Counted from the first letter of the whole stretch, positions 1-13,216 are shown. The stretch is DNA of 61,543 bases, filler included, from Choristocarpus tenellus KU-1152 (GCA_964200185.2; 10 parts of 10 records of this genome joined end to end with filler, not necessarily neighbours in it), one strand, 5' to 3'. The notes: generated by a model not told the origin, from the letters alone. Translations and numbers: made by a program.

Positions 1-314
1 CCCCTTCTGGTGATATTTATTTTTTATATGTCTTACCCCCACACTCACTCCTTGACCGGTAATCTTTTTTTTTTAACAAACGCCTGCTACGCGCAACAAA
101 ACTCCACCTTGCACGTTTTTTTGTATTCCAGTGCTTAGAATCAGATCATTTTTTTTTTAATAAAATGAAATAATTAATAGGTGCTTTCTCTTTGCTCTTT
201 CTTTGAAGTCAATAGGGCGTGTAGTGTACAGCATCATGAAAAAGCACTCTCTGTCTGTCTGTCTGTCTGTCTCTGTCTGTGTTGTGTAGTCCACAATGAA
301 ATCAATCGTGTCAA

Positions 315-355
<41 letters not shown>

Positions 356-1036
356 TTATTTTTTAAGTACGATCTGTTTATCTGTTTCCGGCAGATTACC
401 ATCGAGAATGCTTCAAATTAGTTTATTATTATTTTCTGTTACACTTGCATGCCGCATGATTCACTAAATTCAATTCAATTTTAAAGTTATATTATTTATT
501 ATATTTATTACTTAGTTGGGATGGCTTTCAACCCCCCCCCGATTGATCGGATGCTCACCAAAATAAAATAATAATAAAAAAAAGCACGGACTGCCAAAGG
601 CAGTTCCGTGATATTTTTATTTTTTTATGGGCAAGTCAAAGTCAATGAAAAGGCTCATTCTGAGGAAATAAATAAATATATATATATGTTTGTTTTATTA
701 CGTGTGTGTACGTTCACTTCATTTCAAAATATACATTTAATTTTTTTTTAATCTTCCAAATGTGTTTGATCGGGCATCCCATCCCGTTCTATTAAAAAAA
801 AAAAATCTGCCCTAAGTTTAAATCTTGTTGAGAACTCACACCGTCACTCCTACACATGCCTCTACCCAAATACAATACAGCACAACCACAGTACTCCTCA
901 CCTCACACACACACACACACACACACACCCCTTCCTTCCCCTACCTCCCTCCCCCCACCCCTCACCCCAACCCCCTCTGCCCACATGCCTGCCTGCCTGC
1001 CTGCCTGCGGCCTCATTTTGACCCCGAACACCCCAG

Positions 1037-1513
1037 GCGGCCCGAAAAGGGATCGATCTCACCGGACCGGATGCTCCCCCCCCCCCAGCCCATTTGGGGA
1101 AGAAGCGGTTTGAGATGTACGAGGGCGAGGAGGCGAAAACGCCTCTATTTTTGTCTTCCTGGGACTGGAGTTCAATCGGGACTGAGCCGCCGCCCCCTGA
1201 TTGGTCAGACCACAAGAAAAAAAAATCTAGGATAAAAAAAAGAAGCAACAGTCGCGCCGATTCTTTCGCTGAGGGGACTGGGGGAAGAGGGAGTCGCCGC
1301 AGCAGGGATGGTGGGGAGAGGGAGGTTGGTAAAAGTAGGGAAGGGTGGTCGGGAGGGGGCAGTTGGGGAGAGGGAGAGGGGGTTGGTAAGAGTAGGGAAG
1401 GCGGGTCGCGAGGGGAGCGGGGTGTGGGTGAGGTGGTGTTGGAAGGAGATGAAGGAGATGATATTCCACTGGCATTGTTGGCGGCGAGATTGGCATCGAG
1501 TAGAGGAAGGTAG
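1037..1513 (+). CDS. Probable terminal exon of an unidentified gene (low-complexity G/E/R/K-rich C-terminus)
   Basis: Pyrimidine-rich tract then CCCCAG|GCG at 1036/1037. The open frame AARKGIDLTGPDAP...GKKRFEMYEGEEAKTPLFLSSWDWSS...DDIPLALLAARLASSRGR runs to TAG at 1513. No family recognised. Confidence 0.4.
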   Translation, partial: AARKGIDLTGPDAPPPPAHLGKKRFEMYEGEEAKTPLFLSSWDWSSIGTEPPPPDWSDHKKKKSRIKKRSNSRADSFAEGTGGRGSRRSRDGGEREVGKSREGWSGGGSWGEGEGVGKSREGGSRGERGVGEVVLEGDEGDDIPLALLAARLASSRGR

Positions 1514-1964
1514 ATGGTCCCCCACAGGAAGGCGTTTTTCCTGATGTAGTGGTCGGTGAACCCCTTTGAAAGTGTTCTGTTGTGTTGTGTTGCGTTTGGT
1601 TAAAAATAATAATAATAATAATAGGGGGAGGGGGGGGGGGGGGGGGGGGGGGGGGTGTTGGGTTGGGTGGGTTTTGTGGGGGGGGTTTTTTTTTTTTTTT
1701 TTTTTTTGTTTTTNNNNNNNNNNGGGGGGAGGTTGTTTGTACGATTGGTACAGTTTTGCGTTCGGGTTTTTATTTATTTATTGATTGATTTGTTTGTTGT
1801 TTATTCCCTTTTATTTTTACTTATTTTTTGTGTCAATGGGATTCTCTTTTCTTTTTCTTTCTTTTCTTTTGTTCAATCAGATCGTTCAGAGCTTTTCCCA
1901 AAAAAAAAATCCTTATATATTCTCTTTCATCCTCCCTCTTGTATGTGACAGTTGCGGTAGGTAG

Positions 1965-1990
1965 GTAGGGTTAGGGTTAGGGTTAGGGTT
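1965..1990 (+). repeat. Interstitial telomere-like (TTAGGG)n
   Basis: About four TTAGGG units. Other short arrays lie at about 2618-2638, 2688-2707, 41421-41437, 54154-54170 and 61074-61092. Confidence 0.85.
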
Positions 1991-3199
1991 AAGAGAGGCG
2001 TACAGTCTTGTCCTGTACGTTCAAATGAAGTATTTCCAATTCATTTTATTTTTATTTTTAAGAATCAGAGTGCAAATAAAGAAAAATATTGCAATGCTCC
2101 TCCGCACCTGAGATTTTCCCACAAGAATTGATTGTGAACATCATATATATATATATATTATTTTATTAACTTTTCATTTCTTATTAATATAGCGGGTTTT
2201 GGTCATTCGAGGGTTAGGGTTAACAATCCAGGATTTTCTTCCGGATCAGGTAAATGTGACTGAATCCGACCAGGGACCGGCCTGGGTGAAATGTTATTTA
2301 TTGAAATGTTATTTAATGGGGGCAGTCCAGGATGGGACCATCAGAGAGCATAATTGGAACGGACCACAGACTGGTCCTCCTTAATATATTATTATTATCA
2401 TATATATATATTTATTTTTTTATTTTTTAAAGCGTTCGAATCAAAGATTCCAAGATTGAAAGAATGGGTCAGGGCATGCATGGGCCGGCCTGGTGAGGTG
2501 AATGTCCTAACGGGTCTGGAACGGGGTAATGAAGATCGTAGCCAGACTGGGACATGGGGCGGGCACATCGCAGTGAGTGGGTCGGTTCAAGTGTAGGTCT
2601 GATACAAACGTTTGGACTTAGGGTTAGGGTTAGGGTTACTCCACCTTCCCTCTCGTACCTTGTAACGTTGTACCTTCAAGAGGAGTCTAACCCTAACCCT
2701 AACCCTATAAATGTAAAACATCTCCGTTACTTGATTGTGAACTCAATACTAGTCATCGATGTCTGAAAAACGCTCTTCTCTACACATGTTTCTACAAAAA
2801 AAAGTGTTGTGTCGTGATTGTGGTGAGAGTAGAAGTGGGCGGCGCGCGCGCGCGCTTGCGTGCTTGACGGTTCTTGCAGAATACTTGAAGTGAAAAAGTA
2901 AAAATATGATTTTTTTTTCAATTATTGGCGGATGGTGAAGGGTGAAGCTATGGAATAGTATTTATTGGAATCTGCAATTTAAAAACGACGACAGGATCAG
3001 ACAACGAATGACTGACTCTTTCTTGTTGGAGACTTTGGGCTGCACTAACAAAGAGGCTGACGTGATTTTCTGTTGCACCGATTTTCAATTTTGAAGGGCG
3101 AAGAAATATCTCGAGTACGACCAATCACAATCATAGTATGATAATAAGAATAAGAATAATAAGAATAATTCTCCGTGGCATGCGTACATTAATGGGAAG

Positions 3200-3340
3200 A
3201 GCTCAACAAAGGCGTTGCATTCGATGTCACGATCACCCACGCCAGAGGAGGGTTGAGAACTCCGCGGGGCAAAAAGCAGCCACAGCTAACAGCCAATTTC
3301 AAGAATTGAGGATGGAGCTTTTTTCATTGAGGATGGGCTT
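3200..3340 (+). mobile_element. Decayed fragment of the restriction-like endonuclease region of a CRE/R2-type non-LTR retrotransposon
   Basis: Frame EELNKGVAFDVTITHARGG...K...F carries the 'KG..DVT' motif also seen at 15555-15775. In-frame stops are present. Confidence 0.35.
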
Positions 3341-3515
3341 GTGACCCGAAATTGACTGGGATAAAGTGTCGATATGATTTTTTTTTGTAATTGAAATAAT
3401 TGTGTACAACGCGAAAGGTCTTCAGGTAGGTGTGACAGCAAAGAGAATCTTTGATGTGTGACGTTTCTTCCAAAGATTCCACACCTCAATTGGGTCAAAG
3501 TATCTGGGCGGGGGG

Positions 3516-3615
3516 NNNNNNNNNNNNNNNNNNNNNNNNNNNNNNNNNNNNNNNNNNNNTTAATTAATTAANNNNNNNNNNNNNNNNNNNNNNNNNNNNN
3601 NNNNNNNNNNNNNNN
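3516..3615. other. Artificial contig-joining linker (44 N + TTAATTAATTAA + 44 N)
   Basis: Identical 100-bp spacers at 3516-3615, 6710-6809, 15455-15554, 18752-18851, 22623-22722, 27597-27696, 31183-31282, 42018-42117 and 52260-52359. The 12-mer places stop codons in all six frames. Confidence 0.97.
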
Positions 3616-3699
3616 CCCCCCCCCCCCCCCCCCACCCCCCTGGCCTCGCAGTCACCACACCATATCCACAGTCAATCCTCACCCTCCCACCAATCTCAC

Positions 3700-6197
3700 C
3701 AGAATGGTGGTGCCTGTGACACCAGCGCATGGCTTAGGGTCCGAGCCCTGGCCAGGTCCAGCAGGGGCAAGCTTCCCATCAGCATACTTGGCCTTGTACG
3801 CCACCTGAGAAGAGGGTGTCTTTGAGGTGATGGTCACCTGATAGGTTCCCAGAGAGAGGGGGGCATGCAAAGAGCACAGGATGCATTCCAGATTGTAGGG
3901 ACAAGACCCAGATGGAAAAGGCGATAGGAGTGAGATCAGACTCCGAGGGGTTACAATGACAGGGGTGTGGGATGAATGTAGAGGGGTCTGGGTCGGGCAC
4001 TATGGGTGCATTTCAGAGCGCCCTGTGTGTAGGTATTGCCTTTTGTGTGGGTTGAGTACTGTGTACTCTCTTACAAACACATGACTCTTTTGAGTCTTAG
4101 ATACACCCTCTCCTTCGAAATAGGGACCCCAACCCCCGGATGCTAAAAGAGAACCCAACCTGTTCAGTTCAACTCTCCTTGACAGAGCTGAACAAACTCC
4201 CAAGCTTGCCCCATAGGAACACAGTAATTCAATCGAACACACCATGACCTAGAATAACATGCTTCATCTTGAACTTTCTATGTACCATCACATATGCAAC
4301 TCAATAAGAGAATAAAAAACACCACAGGAGAACTGATATCCTCCACTTCAGAGCGACCAGCTCCCACTGAGAAACATACTGTCAGAACAATGAACGCATG
4401 ATACTGATCATTGTAGGTCGCAGAACAACATGCTTTACCACATCCCAGAAAGTTTACACCTATGTCAAAAAAGAGTTCCTGACCCTTCCCGCCATATTTC
4501 TGCGCAAAAACAGCTTACCCTTGCGGTGTGAGTAATGCTTGCAAGGGCCTCGCCACGAAAACCAAAAGTCGACACAGTCTTCAAGTCTCCAAATTTTCTC
4601 AGCTTTGAGGTGGTGAAGCGCTCACAGACAATAGGCAGGTCATCCCTGTCAAAAAAAAAAAAAAGGTTTTGGGGGGAAGGAAATAGTGGACGGGTATTGT
4701 GAGAGAGGACAGAAAGATCAATGGGTTTCGTGAATACTGCTTAGGCCTGTACTTAAGTCACTGCCATGCTTCCTCCAGCAAAACTCATGTGTAGCTGGAC
4801 AGAGTCACAGTCTATTCTTATCCACATAGTGCTACAGCAGGGTTAAAGCGCTCTCTTGGGCTGGTGAAGCCCTGAAGTATTAAAGCTAGGGACATAGCAG
4901 GGTGAGGTATTACTCAAGAAAACACGTGCAAGAAATATCCTTTCATGAGTGGTCACAGCATCAGCAGAAATTGTCCCCTTGAAAATTACTTACATCAACC
5001 CAATGCGAGCAGAGCTGTTGGAATGTTCTGCCAAGCATTCACTGATGAGGTCAACATATCTTTATAAACGGTAGCACTCATCCGAGTGGTAGGTGCTTGT
5101 GTTTTAAGGAATCTCGCAAATAGTTACACAGCACCAGATCATCAATTCATACCCACCAGACTGTGGTCCCCTTGAGAATCTACCGCCCACACCTGGCCAT
5201 CATCCCCTCATCCCACACCACCTCCCTCTGCTTTCCTCACTTTCGTATGCCATGACCATTGTCCTGTATCTGAAGTATCTTAAGCCCTCCTTGCTTGGCT
5301 GTCACTGTGATGGAAGTCGCACCTGTTGAATAAAACAGTTGCAGTGTGTGTAATAGAGAGGGCAGGGAGAGGGGCAACCATGGACCGTACTCTTGAATTT
5401 TCACCCCTGCTGCATAGATAGATAACATGTTGTAACAAGTGTGTGAACCATGCCGGGTCTTTATACCAGTCAGGTTAGTTTGTGCGACAGAGTGCAGATT
5501 CAACAAGATTGTATTATCGTCTAATCCTTTTCACGAGAACCCACCTGCATCCAAGCTGTTCTCCAGAAGTTCTTTTACCGCATTAGAAGGCCTCTGCACA
5601 ACCTATTTCATGTCATGGGAATGAAGGGAGTTTGAAGCTGCACATCTGTGTGAGGTTGACTCCGATGTTATCTCACGTTTCAGAGCGGAATTTTTCCGAA
5701 TCGCAATGCTGTATCCATGCTGTCATGGAGGGTTCACAACTATGAAAAGAGTGAGAGGGGGATCCTTCAAACGGGTATCGACCTTGTCCCCCCACTGGAT
5801 TGATCGAGGTACCGTGCTGCACGGAACAGTCACCTCTTTTTCTACTTTCACCAAAATTTTGCTGTGGGCTGTGCTCATTCAAGATGTATGACTTTGCCTT
5901 TCCTACCAAAACCCCCAACGTAGATTGCAGGAAGAACCGCGAGACCACAATACGATGAACTGATCAGAAAGGCCAAGTCGAGAAATGGGTAAGAGTCCAA
6001 TGAATGTTGCATCTTTTGACAGTGAGTAATGAAATAAGTGTGGAACTCTTCTTCCGTTCATTCTAAAACGGATGAGGGGGTAGTGGTATCTATTACACCT
6101 CTCCGGCTGCGATCCTGTTCACCACAACTTCGTCGAGTTTAAGGATGCGTGGCGGCTCTCTGTTCGAAGCTTGAGAACTCTGCTGATTCCTAGGCAT
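3700..6197 (-). CDS. MLH1: DNA mismatch repair protein MLH1, 5' part (GHKL ATPase domain), cut by the contig end
   Basis: Exons 6197-6099, 5602-5545, 5322-5241, 4645-4519 and 3837-3700, all GT-AG and phase-consistent. Spliced protein: MPRN...[78 protein letters not shown]...[24 protein letters not shown]...[12 protein letters not shown]. Confidence 0.96.
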
Positions 6198-6636
6198 TGA
6201 AGATACCAGCTCTGTGTCCTTTTTTTTATACCTCCGCAGATTCACTCCTCGATTCTAGTGACTTCTCCGCTTCTCCCTTAACCTCATCACTAGAGCGAGG
6301 GACTGGAACACACTACACACTCATGGTTCAACACAAATTTGAAAATGAAATTATCATTTATATTGTGAGGAAGGCGGTTTGTAGATTGATCAAACTGTTT
6401 TTGTAGTAGATAATACAAAACAAGGATTATTACATGTGTGAAGAAATATCTTAAGGTGGGAAATGAAAACACTGCTATCTAATACTATTATGCCCTCTGA
6501 CATTTTGGAGATGTATCAGGGGGAAAACAAATGAAAACTATACATATGTCAGTATAAGCCCTAAAGAACACTACTATTATTATTGTTAGGCCCTCTGACA
6601 TATTCCAGATGTGTCATGGGGGAAACAAAGGAAGAC

Positions 6637-6880
6637 TATTGTGGAAGTGTCAAAGGTGCCAGGTTCTCTGCTCAAGGGGGCAATCACAATCACCGGACTG
6701 AAACTCTTTNNNNNNNNNNNNNNNNNNNNNNNNNNNNNNNNNNNNNNNNNNNNTTAATTAATTAANNNNNNNNNNNNNNNNNNNNNNNNNNNNNNNNNNN
6801 NNNNNNNNNAGTTCAGTCCGGTGATTGTGATTGCCCCCTTGAGCAAAAAAGAACTTGGCACCTTTGACACTTTCACAATA
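6637..6880. mobile_element. Inverted repeat pair (about 70 bp each) flanking a linker; probable TIR element
   Basis: 6637-6706 (TATTGTGGAAGTGTCAAAGGTGCC...CCGGACTGAAACT) is the near reverse complement of 6810-6880. Related termini occur at 12731 and 12904-12915. Confidence 0.6.
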
Positions 6881-9837
6881 TGTATAATATCATTCGTTCA
6901 CTCCACTCCACTTGTTACTTGTATCTTGCATCTTCTGTCCTAACTACCACTAACTCTGTTACAAATACCAAATCCTATTTTAAACATCTGCAATACTAAA
7001 CTCCTCTCCATTTTCAAGATGGAGATTATTTTTTCATTACTTTCGATTTACAATTTACCATTTTAAAAGTTGAAAAAATATGACGGTCTAACTAACGAGT
7101 AAATGGTCAGTATCAACACCATTCAAATCAACCCCCCAAAATTGTAACGTCAATTAAAAATACACCACCAACAAGTCAGATCTGTGCACTCGAGATACGG
7201 ATATCTTCCCACGCATTGAATCAGAGTGGAGGAGTGGTCACCATCGTGTTCCTTGTGAACAGTAGGCCCTGTTGGACATATCAATGTGTCAGTATGCCAT
7301 CAACCACAACTCAAGCGCAAAGTAAAATGCAAAGATTATGTGTATGATATCTGATATCTGCCCTTCCTTGGTGACCAATGTCTCCTTGTACTAGATGTGC
7401 AAATGATCGATGTGTTGAACTTCAACACTGAGCGTTTTGAGCCCACATTGCCCTTTTGAAACGCAGATTCAAATTTCCTATAAATCGAATTTTTTCTCGT
7501 GACTTCTTCGAGATGGAATTGAAATGGAATTTCAGGAATACTATCACTACTTTTGATGTACTTTGCCTTTGATCATAAATTGTTGAAATGAAACCTTATC
7601 TCCCAAGTGTCATACGCCTGCGCGCGATCTGTTGGTGTTGAAGGCTTGTTGTCTTGTCACACTCTGTCACTATAATGATGCCTATTATTGGGTTTGTATA
7701 GCATGACTCCATATGTCCTGTGTTTTTTCTGTACCGCACATATGATTATGCCCTCTCACGTTTTGCGTTTACTGTTTGGATACCAGCAATACTACAACAC
7801 TCCCTTGAAGGATAGTAATTTTCTGTACCATTGGTTCTTGTACTACTCTGACAAAAAAGGGCACTAACGGTATGGAGACCAAAAAAAGCATAGTATATGT
7901 AAATAGAGTAGGCGATGTTGGGGAAATGAAAGAGGGGTGTTAGGTCCGTAAGACCAACACTCGCCTTGAACAAGATAGATCTATTGATGTTTTCTACATT
8001 TCATCATCACAATGCATCTTCCGTGATGAAACACGAACAAATGTATGTAGTAGTGATTCTAGTTGTAGAAGTTAGTTATAGACTGATACCGTTTGGTAGT
8101 AGTAGTAGTAGTAGTTATAGAGGTATGGCGTAAGTGCCATTGGACATGATACACAGACCACACAATACAAGATGTGTACCTTAAAAAAATCTCACCATAC
8201 ATCCTACATACATAACCCTAGCAAAAAAGACATTAGACAACGAAACAATAAAAATAAAAAAATACTTCGAAGTTATATATAGGCAACAGCTTGTGTGTGT
8301 GTGTGTATGTATGTGTGTGTGTGTGTGTTGGTAGTGCTAGACGCAACACTCACTCAAAGAAACTACTACTACTTTGAAAACACACACGACGGACACATAG
8401 ATGCACGTGATACATATTTTACCATGGACAACTTCTCTGCAAGTGCCAACAAGTAGTAGTGCGAAGAGAATCCAGCTTGATCATTCTAACAATTGGTACG
8501 TCCTACAAGCATACATAGGTTAGTATACTCGAACAAGTTACTGACTCTAGCAGGTCAAAGTGACGCAAACTCATTCCCGGCCAGTCTCTGATATCTCCAC
8601 CACTTGTCCCCAGGTCCTGTGGTGTATCTGAGGTGTACTACCTGCTCTCTCTGGTGCATGCACCATTCTCCCACCAAATTGCTCGACATGATGCACCTTC
8701 AGGTGTTGCTGCCCATCATGATGTTGAACACCATCTTCCTTTTGGACAACAATATTCAGTTGTAGCATACTTGCTGCAACTCCCAGGACTTCCACCTTCA
8801 GGGATGCAGTAGGATCAATTACCCTACAATCAATGCTCCGGAGTAGAAGGTTGCAATGTTGGGTGATACTCTACTACCCTTGTCGCATCTCACTCTTTAT
8901 CCCAAACCCAAAGTGATTCACTCTCTCAATGTGGATTTGTTTAAAATCAAATTCCAACTGTTCCAAACTGCCCAACGTGGAAGAGTCATTGTCAAGAATC
9001 CAGGTAGCCATTGTGTCAGTCAACTGGCTATGCAGCTTCTGCACATCTTCAGGTGCGTTCAGTTGTGTGTCAACATACAGAGAAGTGTACAGAAAACACA
9101 ATAATAATAATTCTGGCAAACGGAGGGGAATATCCATCCTTATCAGTTGTGTCTACAAAAAGCAGATATTTGCAACTTTCATTAGTCCACAATAATCACT
9201 GTAAGGAAATGTGGGAGGCATCAAGCCAGAAGTAAACCTATGATATTGGGTTTAAGGAGCATAGATGGAGAGCAGACTGTAAAATATGCAACAGAGGTGT
9301 GTTCGTAGTGTAATTGTTGTTCTTGATATCGTTCAACAGAGGGTGGAATCCACAGCTGCCATCTTCAGGTCTTGGGTACAAGTTGAACCCATTAGACCCT
9401 TCAACTCCACACATATCTCTAGAAAATTGTCCATCTGTCCCTCAACATGCATGGGAGTGTGAACTTGCATAGATCTCCCTCAACGAGGTAGCATTCCGCA
9501 TCACAAATTTACAAAAAAGACCTGAGGACATAGAACCAGCAGGAACAATAGGGGTAAAATGTTGGAGAGAAAAATAGAAATGATCATCCACCATAACCGG
9601 AAATTATTGTGTGGTGGTGATAAGAATGAGTTGTGAAAAGCATCGTCCATTCCAGCACTTACTACAGCAAGGGTGGTGATCAGACAGTGTTGTTTGCACC
9701 AGTTTTGCTGAGAGAATAAAGTGGGGTTGCAGCATTCATCGTGTAGATCGTAAAATGATGTACATACTGTGGAACAATGTAACAATTTCTTATTTTATGT
9801 CAGGCATCATAGCTCTAACAAAAAACCTACATTATTT

Positions 9838-10097
9838 GAGTGAAAGTATCTTAAGAGGGTACGAGTTTTTCCTTGTTTGTCCATTTGGGGGTTGGCTTAC
9901 CAACGGGTTTTTAATGACATTTTACCTACTCCAAAATGTTTCGTAGTAGGCAAAATGTATACGTTACGAAAAGGCGTGTCTGGAACAAGGATATTGAAAC
10001 TTCCTAACAAACACGATAGACAAAATTACATCAAAATCGCAACATTGGATTTTGACTCCATATGGACGTGGCTTTACCCTCTAAGATACTTTGACTC
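9838..10097. mobile_element. MITE, subfamily A (about 260 bp)
   Basis: TIRs GAGTGAAAGTATCTTAAGAGGGTA ... TACCCTCTAAGATACTTTGACTC. The interior is homologous to 10731-10984 and 28654-28912. Confidence 0.88.
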
Positions 10098-10730
10098 GTT
10101 TCTTTGGAAGTTCAACCTCAAACTACCTGCCTTCATCATGCAGTACCCATCATGTCCTACTCCGGAGTATATATATATTAGAATAAAGAGATTGTGTGAG
10201 GTGCAATGCATCCCCTTCCCTCTCAAGGAGGTCTGTGAGAGGAAAGAGGGCATTTTGTTCGGATTCCTACCCAGCCATTAAAAGGAGTACACATAGAGTT
10301 TATGACTATCCTAAACATCCTAAGGTGGCAAAAAATGTATGCATCAGCTCCTCCGTACTTCCAACAACACCATTTACATACTCAGTGAGCTTGATTGGCA
10401 ATGCAGGCACTTGTTATCATTGTTGTTTCCTCGATCCGGAGAAGTTGATATGGGTCGTATCATAGGTGCATGGGTGTGTGCTGTAGAAGGTGGGGAGCCT
10501 ATTTTGTCTGCTGAATATTCATCCGTGCCTGCAGGAAGTGAAAGGTGAGACATCTGGCTCAACTTTGCCACCGTGCCACTCAATGTCTTGCACCCAATTT
10601 TGAAGATATGGTCTGCAACAGAGATCTTGTTCTAGCACCTGGCACATATAAATGTAGGCAAAATATCAGTAATTTGTGTAACAGAGAAGGACGGTGGGAA
10701 GAGATGCTGCTGATGTCAGAATGAGTATAA

Positions 10731-10984
10731 GGGTGAAAGTATCTTAGAGGGTACGAGTTTGTCCTGTTTGTCCGTTTGGGGCTTGGCTTCCCATGTTTTT
10801 TTTTATGACATTTTCCTACTCCAAAATATTTCGGAGTAGGTAAAATATACACGTTATGAAAAGGTGTATGCGGAACAACGATATTGACACTTCCTAACAA
10901 ACACGATAGCCAAAATAACATCAAAATCGCAATATTGTGGTCCCCAAATGGACGCGGTCCTACCCTCTTAAGATACTTTGACCC
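10731..10984. mobile_element. MITE, subfamily A, with TAA target-site duplication
   Basis: taa|GGGTGAAAGTATCTTAGAGGGTA ... TACCCTCTTAAGATACTTTGACCC|taa. Confidence 0.9.
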
Positions 10985-13216
10985 TAAACACAGCACTCTG
11001 ACACCAATAGTGTCCAAAAGAATAACAAGGACAATCACAACGAGAAGTGTATATAACAATTAATGTCAATATGAACCATGGCTGTACCATGTCTAGAGTG
11101 GTGATGTAATGCAAAGGTCAAGCAACATCACATGTATCTTCTCTACCAAATTTTAGTTTAAAATCGTGCACTGCAACAGCACCTTACAAAGACCCCACTA
11201 AGCACCACAATGTCCCCTCTTAGTATGTGTTAATGGTATGGTTACTCACAGTGACCAAGGTGGCCTATAGCATATACTTAACGAGTTGAAAAGTAGCAGG
11301 ATTATGTGATTTCCCCGAAGGCAGCACAAGTCTGAGCTTGTCCTGCCTTTCCTCAATTGCCCGCCCAGTCATATGGACCTAGGTTCAAAAGATCTAATTT
11401 CTTTGCGAAGAGTGTGGTTATGACCCTGACATGATCACACAGATGTTCAGAGAGCATTGACTAGAAAAGAGTAGTACAATAGAACTAGACAAGTGAGTTG
11501 GGCATACTGAGAAAAGATTGCCTCTCAACAGTTCAGTTTTTTTAATATAAGCAATGAATGCGATGGTCCAGGATTGTTTCAATTTGGGTCAAAGCGGGAA
11601 CAGGAACTCTGCAAAAGAAATGGAAGAGAGAAGAAATGTGTAGAGGGACGAGCTAGAATAGTACTATTGAACTCATCGCATGCCAATGTGCTTTTGTATT
11701 GACTGTGAACCCAAACAGTGCTACACCTTACCTGGCAGGTGGAAATTTTCGCTCTCATGATATTTTTGTTTGATCAAGTTGATAGCAAAGATGCTGTGCG
11801 ATCCATCCCGAACTCAGAATGCGTTCTTGTTGAATCAATAAATTACTGTGTCTCCGTTGGGAGAGGGAGCAAATTGAGTATGGCACACACAGAGCAATGC
11901 TCGAGCAATGGTGTATGCCCGTCTCTTGATAGACTTTGTAATGGTGTGTACACAACGTTATTGATCTCACACAGCTGCCAAGGACGATGATTGAGCTCTT
12001 CGTGACAAATTTGCCCAATACGGTTCAACGGACGGCGTCATCAAGGCCATGATAGGAATCAGTACCCTTTGCTTCATCCATACTTCGGTTGGCTGTACCT
12101 ATGTACTCTCAGGATCGTGGACATTGATATCATTTTCAGGTGGTGGATTGGCATTCTCTTCGGTTTTGTCGCTAGAGGTCTTCATCTGAGGAATCTGACT
12201 TCCTCTATTAAGGTTCACACTCTCCGCCATTGTCTTCCTGACTTAAGCAATACAATTTTGTTGGGGGAAGCATGGGGCACACACAATGAACAGCATCAGA
12301 GTAACATAGACTATTTTGAGCGATTAAACACAAGGCAGTGACTCTAAAACTGGTTTAGAACGGATGAAGGAATTAGTTGTGATTGACTGCTACAAGATCT
12401 GACCAAGAGAGGAGGCAGGGTGATGGAACAGAACTACATCGAAAAAAGCAGAGCTTTTCACTGGGACGTGCAGTTAGTACGTCTACTGTTGACCATATGG
12501 CCCCAGATCTCCCCCAGTCCAGCCACGTTGAAAGGATTGATGGCCTAGACCTCTTGTTTGTACATGGCTGGCAGGTTGCCCTGGTCATGTTGAGTAGTGA
12601 CAGCCATGGACTGGGCCATGTTAGAGCATTTTATCTATGGTCGGCCAGGTAATATTTTTTGACACTCAGCTCAGTCACATCAAGGCCATCCCTCCCTATT
12701 TACTATTCACTCTACTAAGTACCAAAACATTTGTGGAAGTGTCAAGGCGTCAAAGGTCTCTCCAAAAGGGAGCAGTTGTTACAGCATGCCCCTCAAAACT
12801 CACCTCCACAGGATGTACAACTCAAATCCAACGACCTTAAAACGACGCTATGGGGGCGTTGCCCTTGACAACAGTTTGTAGGGTGTCAGGTGTCCTTCTC
12901 TTTTTGATATTCCACTCAGTGCTTAGCTCAAAGCTCGACTCAAAGTTTCGTTCAAGATAAAAAGTAAGGACTGAAGGCAAGTGGGATGGCTTTGGCCAAA
13001 ATCCCTCTTATTATTTTCATCATCCACCCAATTTATTTGGTCTTTTATGCAATTGCTCTACACGTACTCCAATCATAAATCTTTCTTCTGCAACTTCTTA
13101 GGGACTTTGACATTTTCTTCTGTAATGTTACGAATGCATTCCGAATCTTACTCTGTATCTTCTATGAAATCATCATTTGCTCTGTAAGGCTACCTATGTG
13201 TTACTAATATTGTATA

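Noticed and set aside
181-366. ORF of 61 aa
   Set aside because: It is a translation of (TCTG)n, (TG)n and (TA)n microsatellites.
1605-1730. Poly-G and poly-T runs around a 10-N gap (also 61487-61543)
   Set aside because: Low-complexity sequence at gap or contig ends, probably partly sequencing artefact. The ORFs through it are meaningless.
3560-3571. Regularly recurring TTAATTAATTAA as a CRISPR-like repeat or TTAA transposon target
   Set aside because: It always sits centred between 44 N on each side, so it is an assembly linker.
10580-11059. 159-aa ORF with a hydrophobic N-terminus
   Set aside because: More than half is read-through of the MITE at 10731-10984. ORFs 9877-10281 and 45073-45528 overlap MITEs in the same way.
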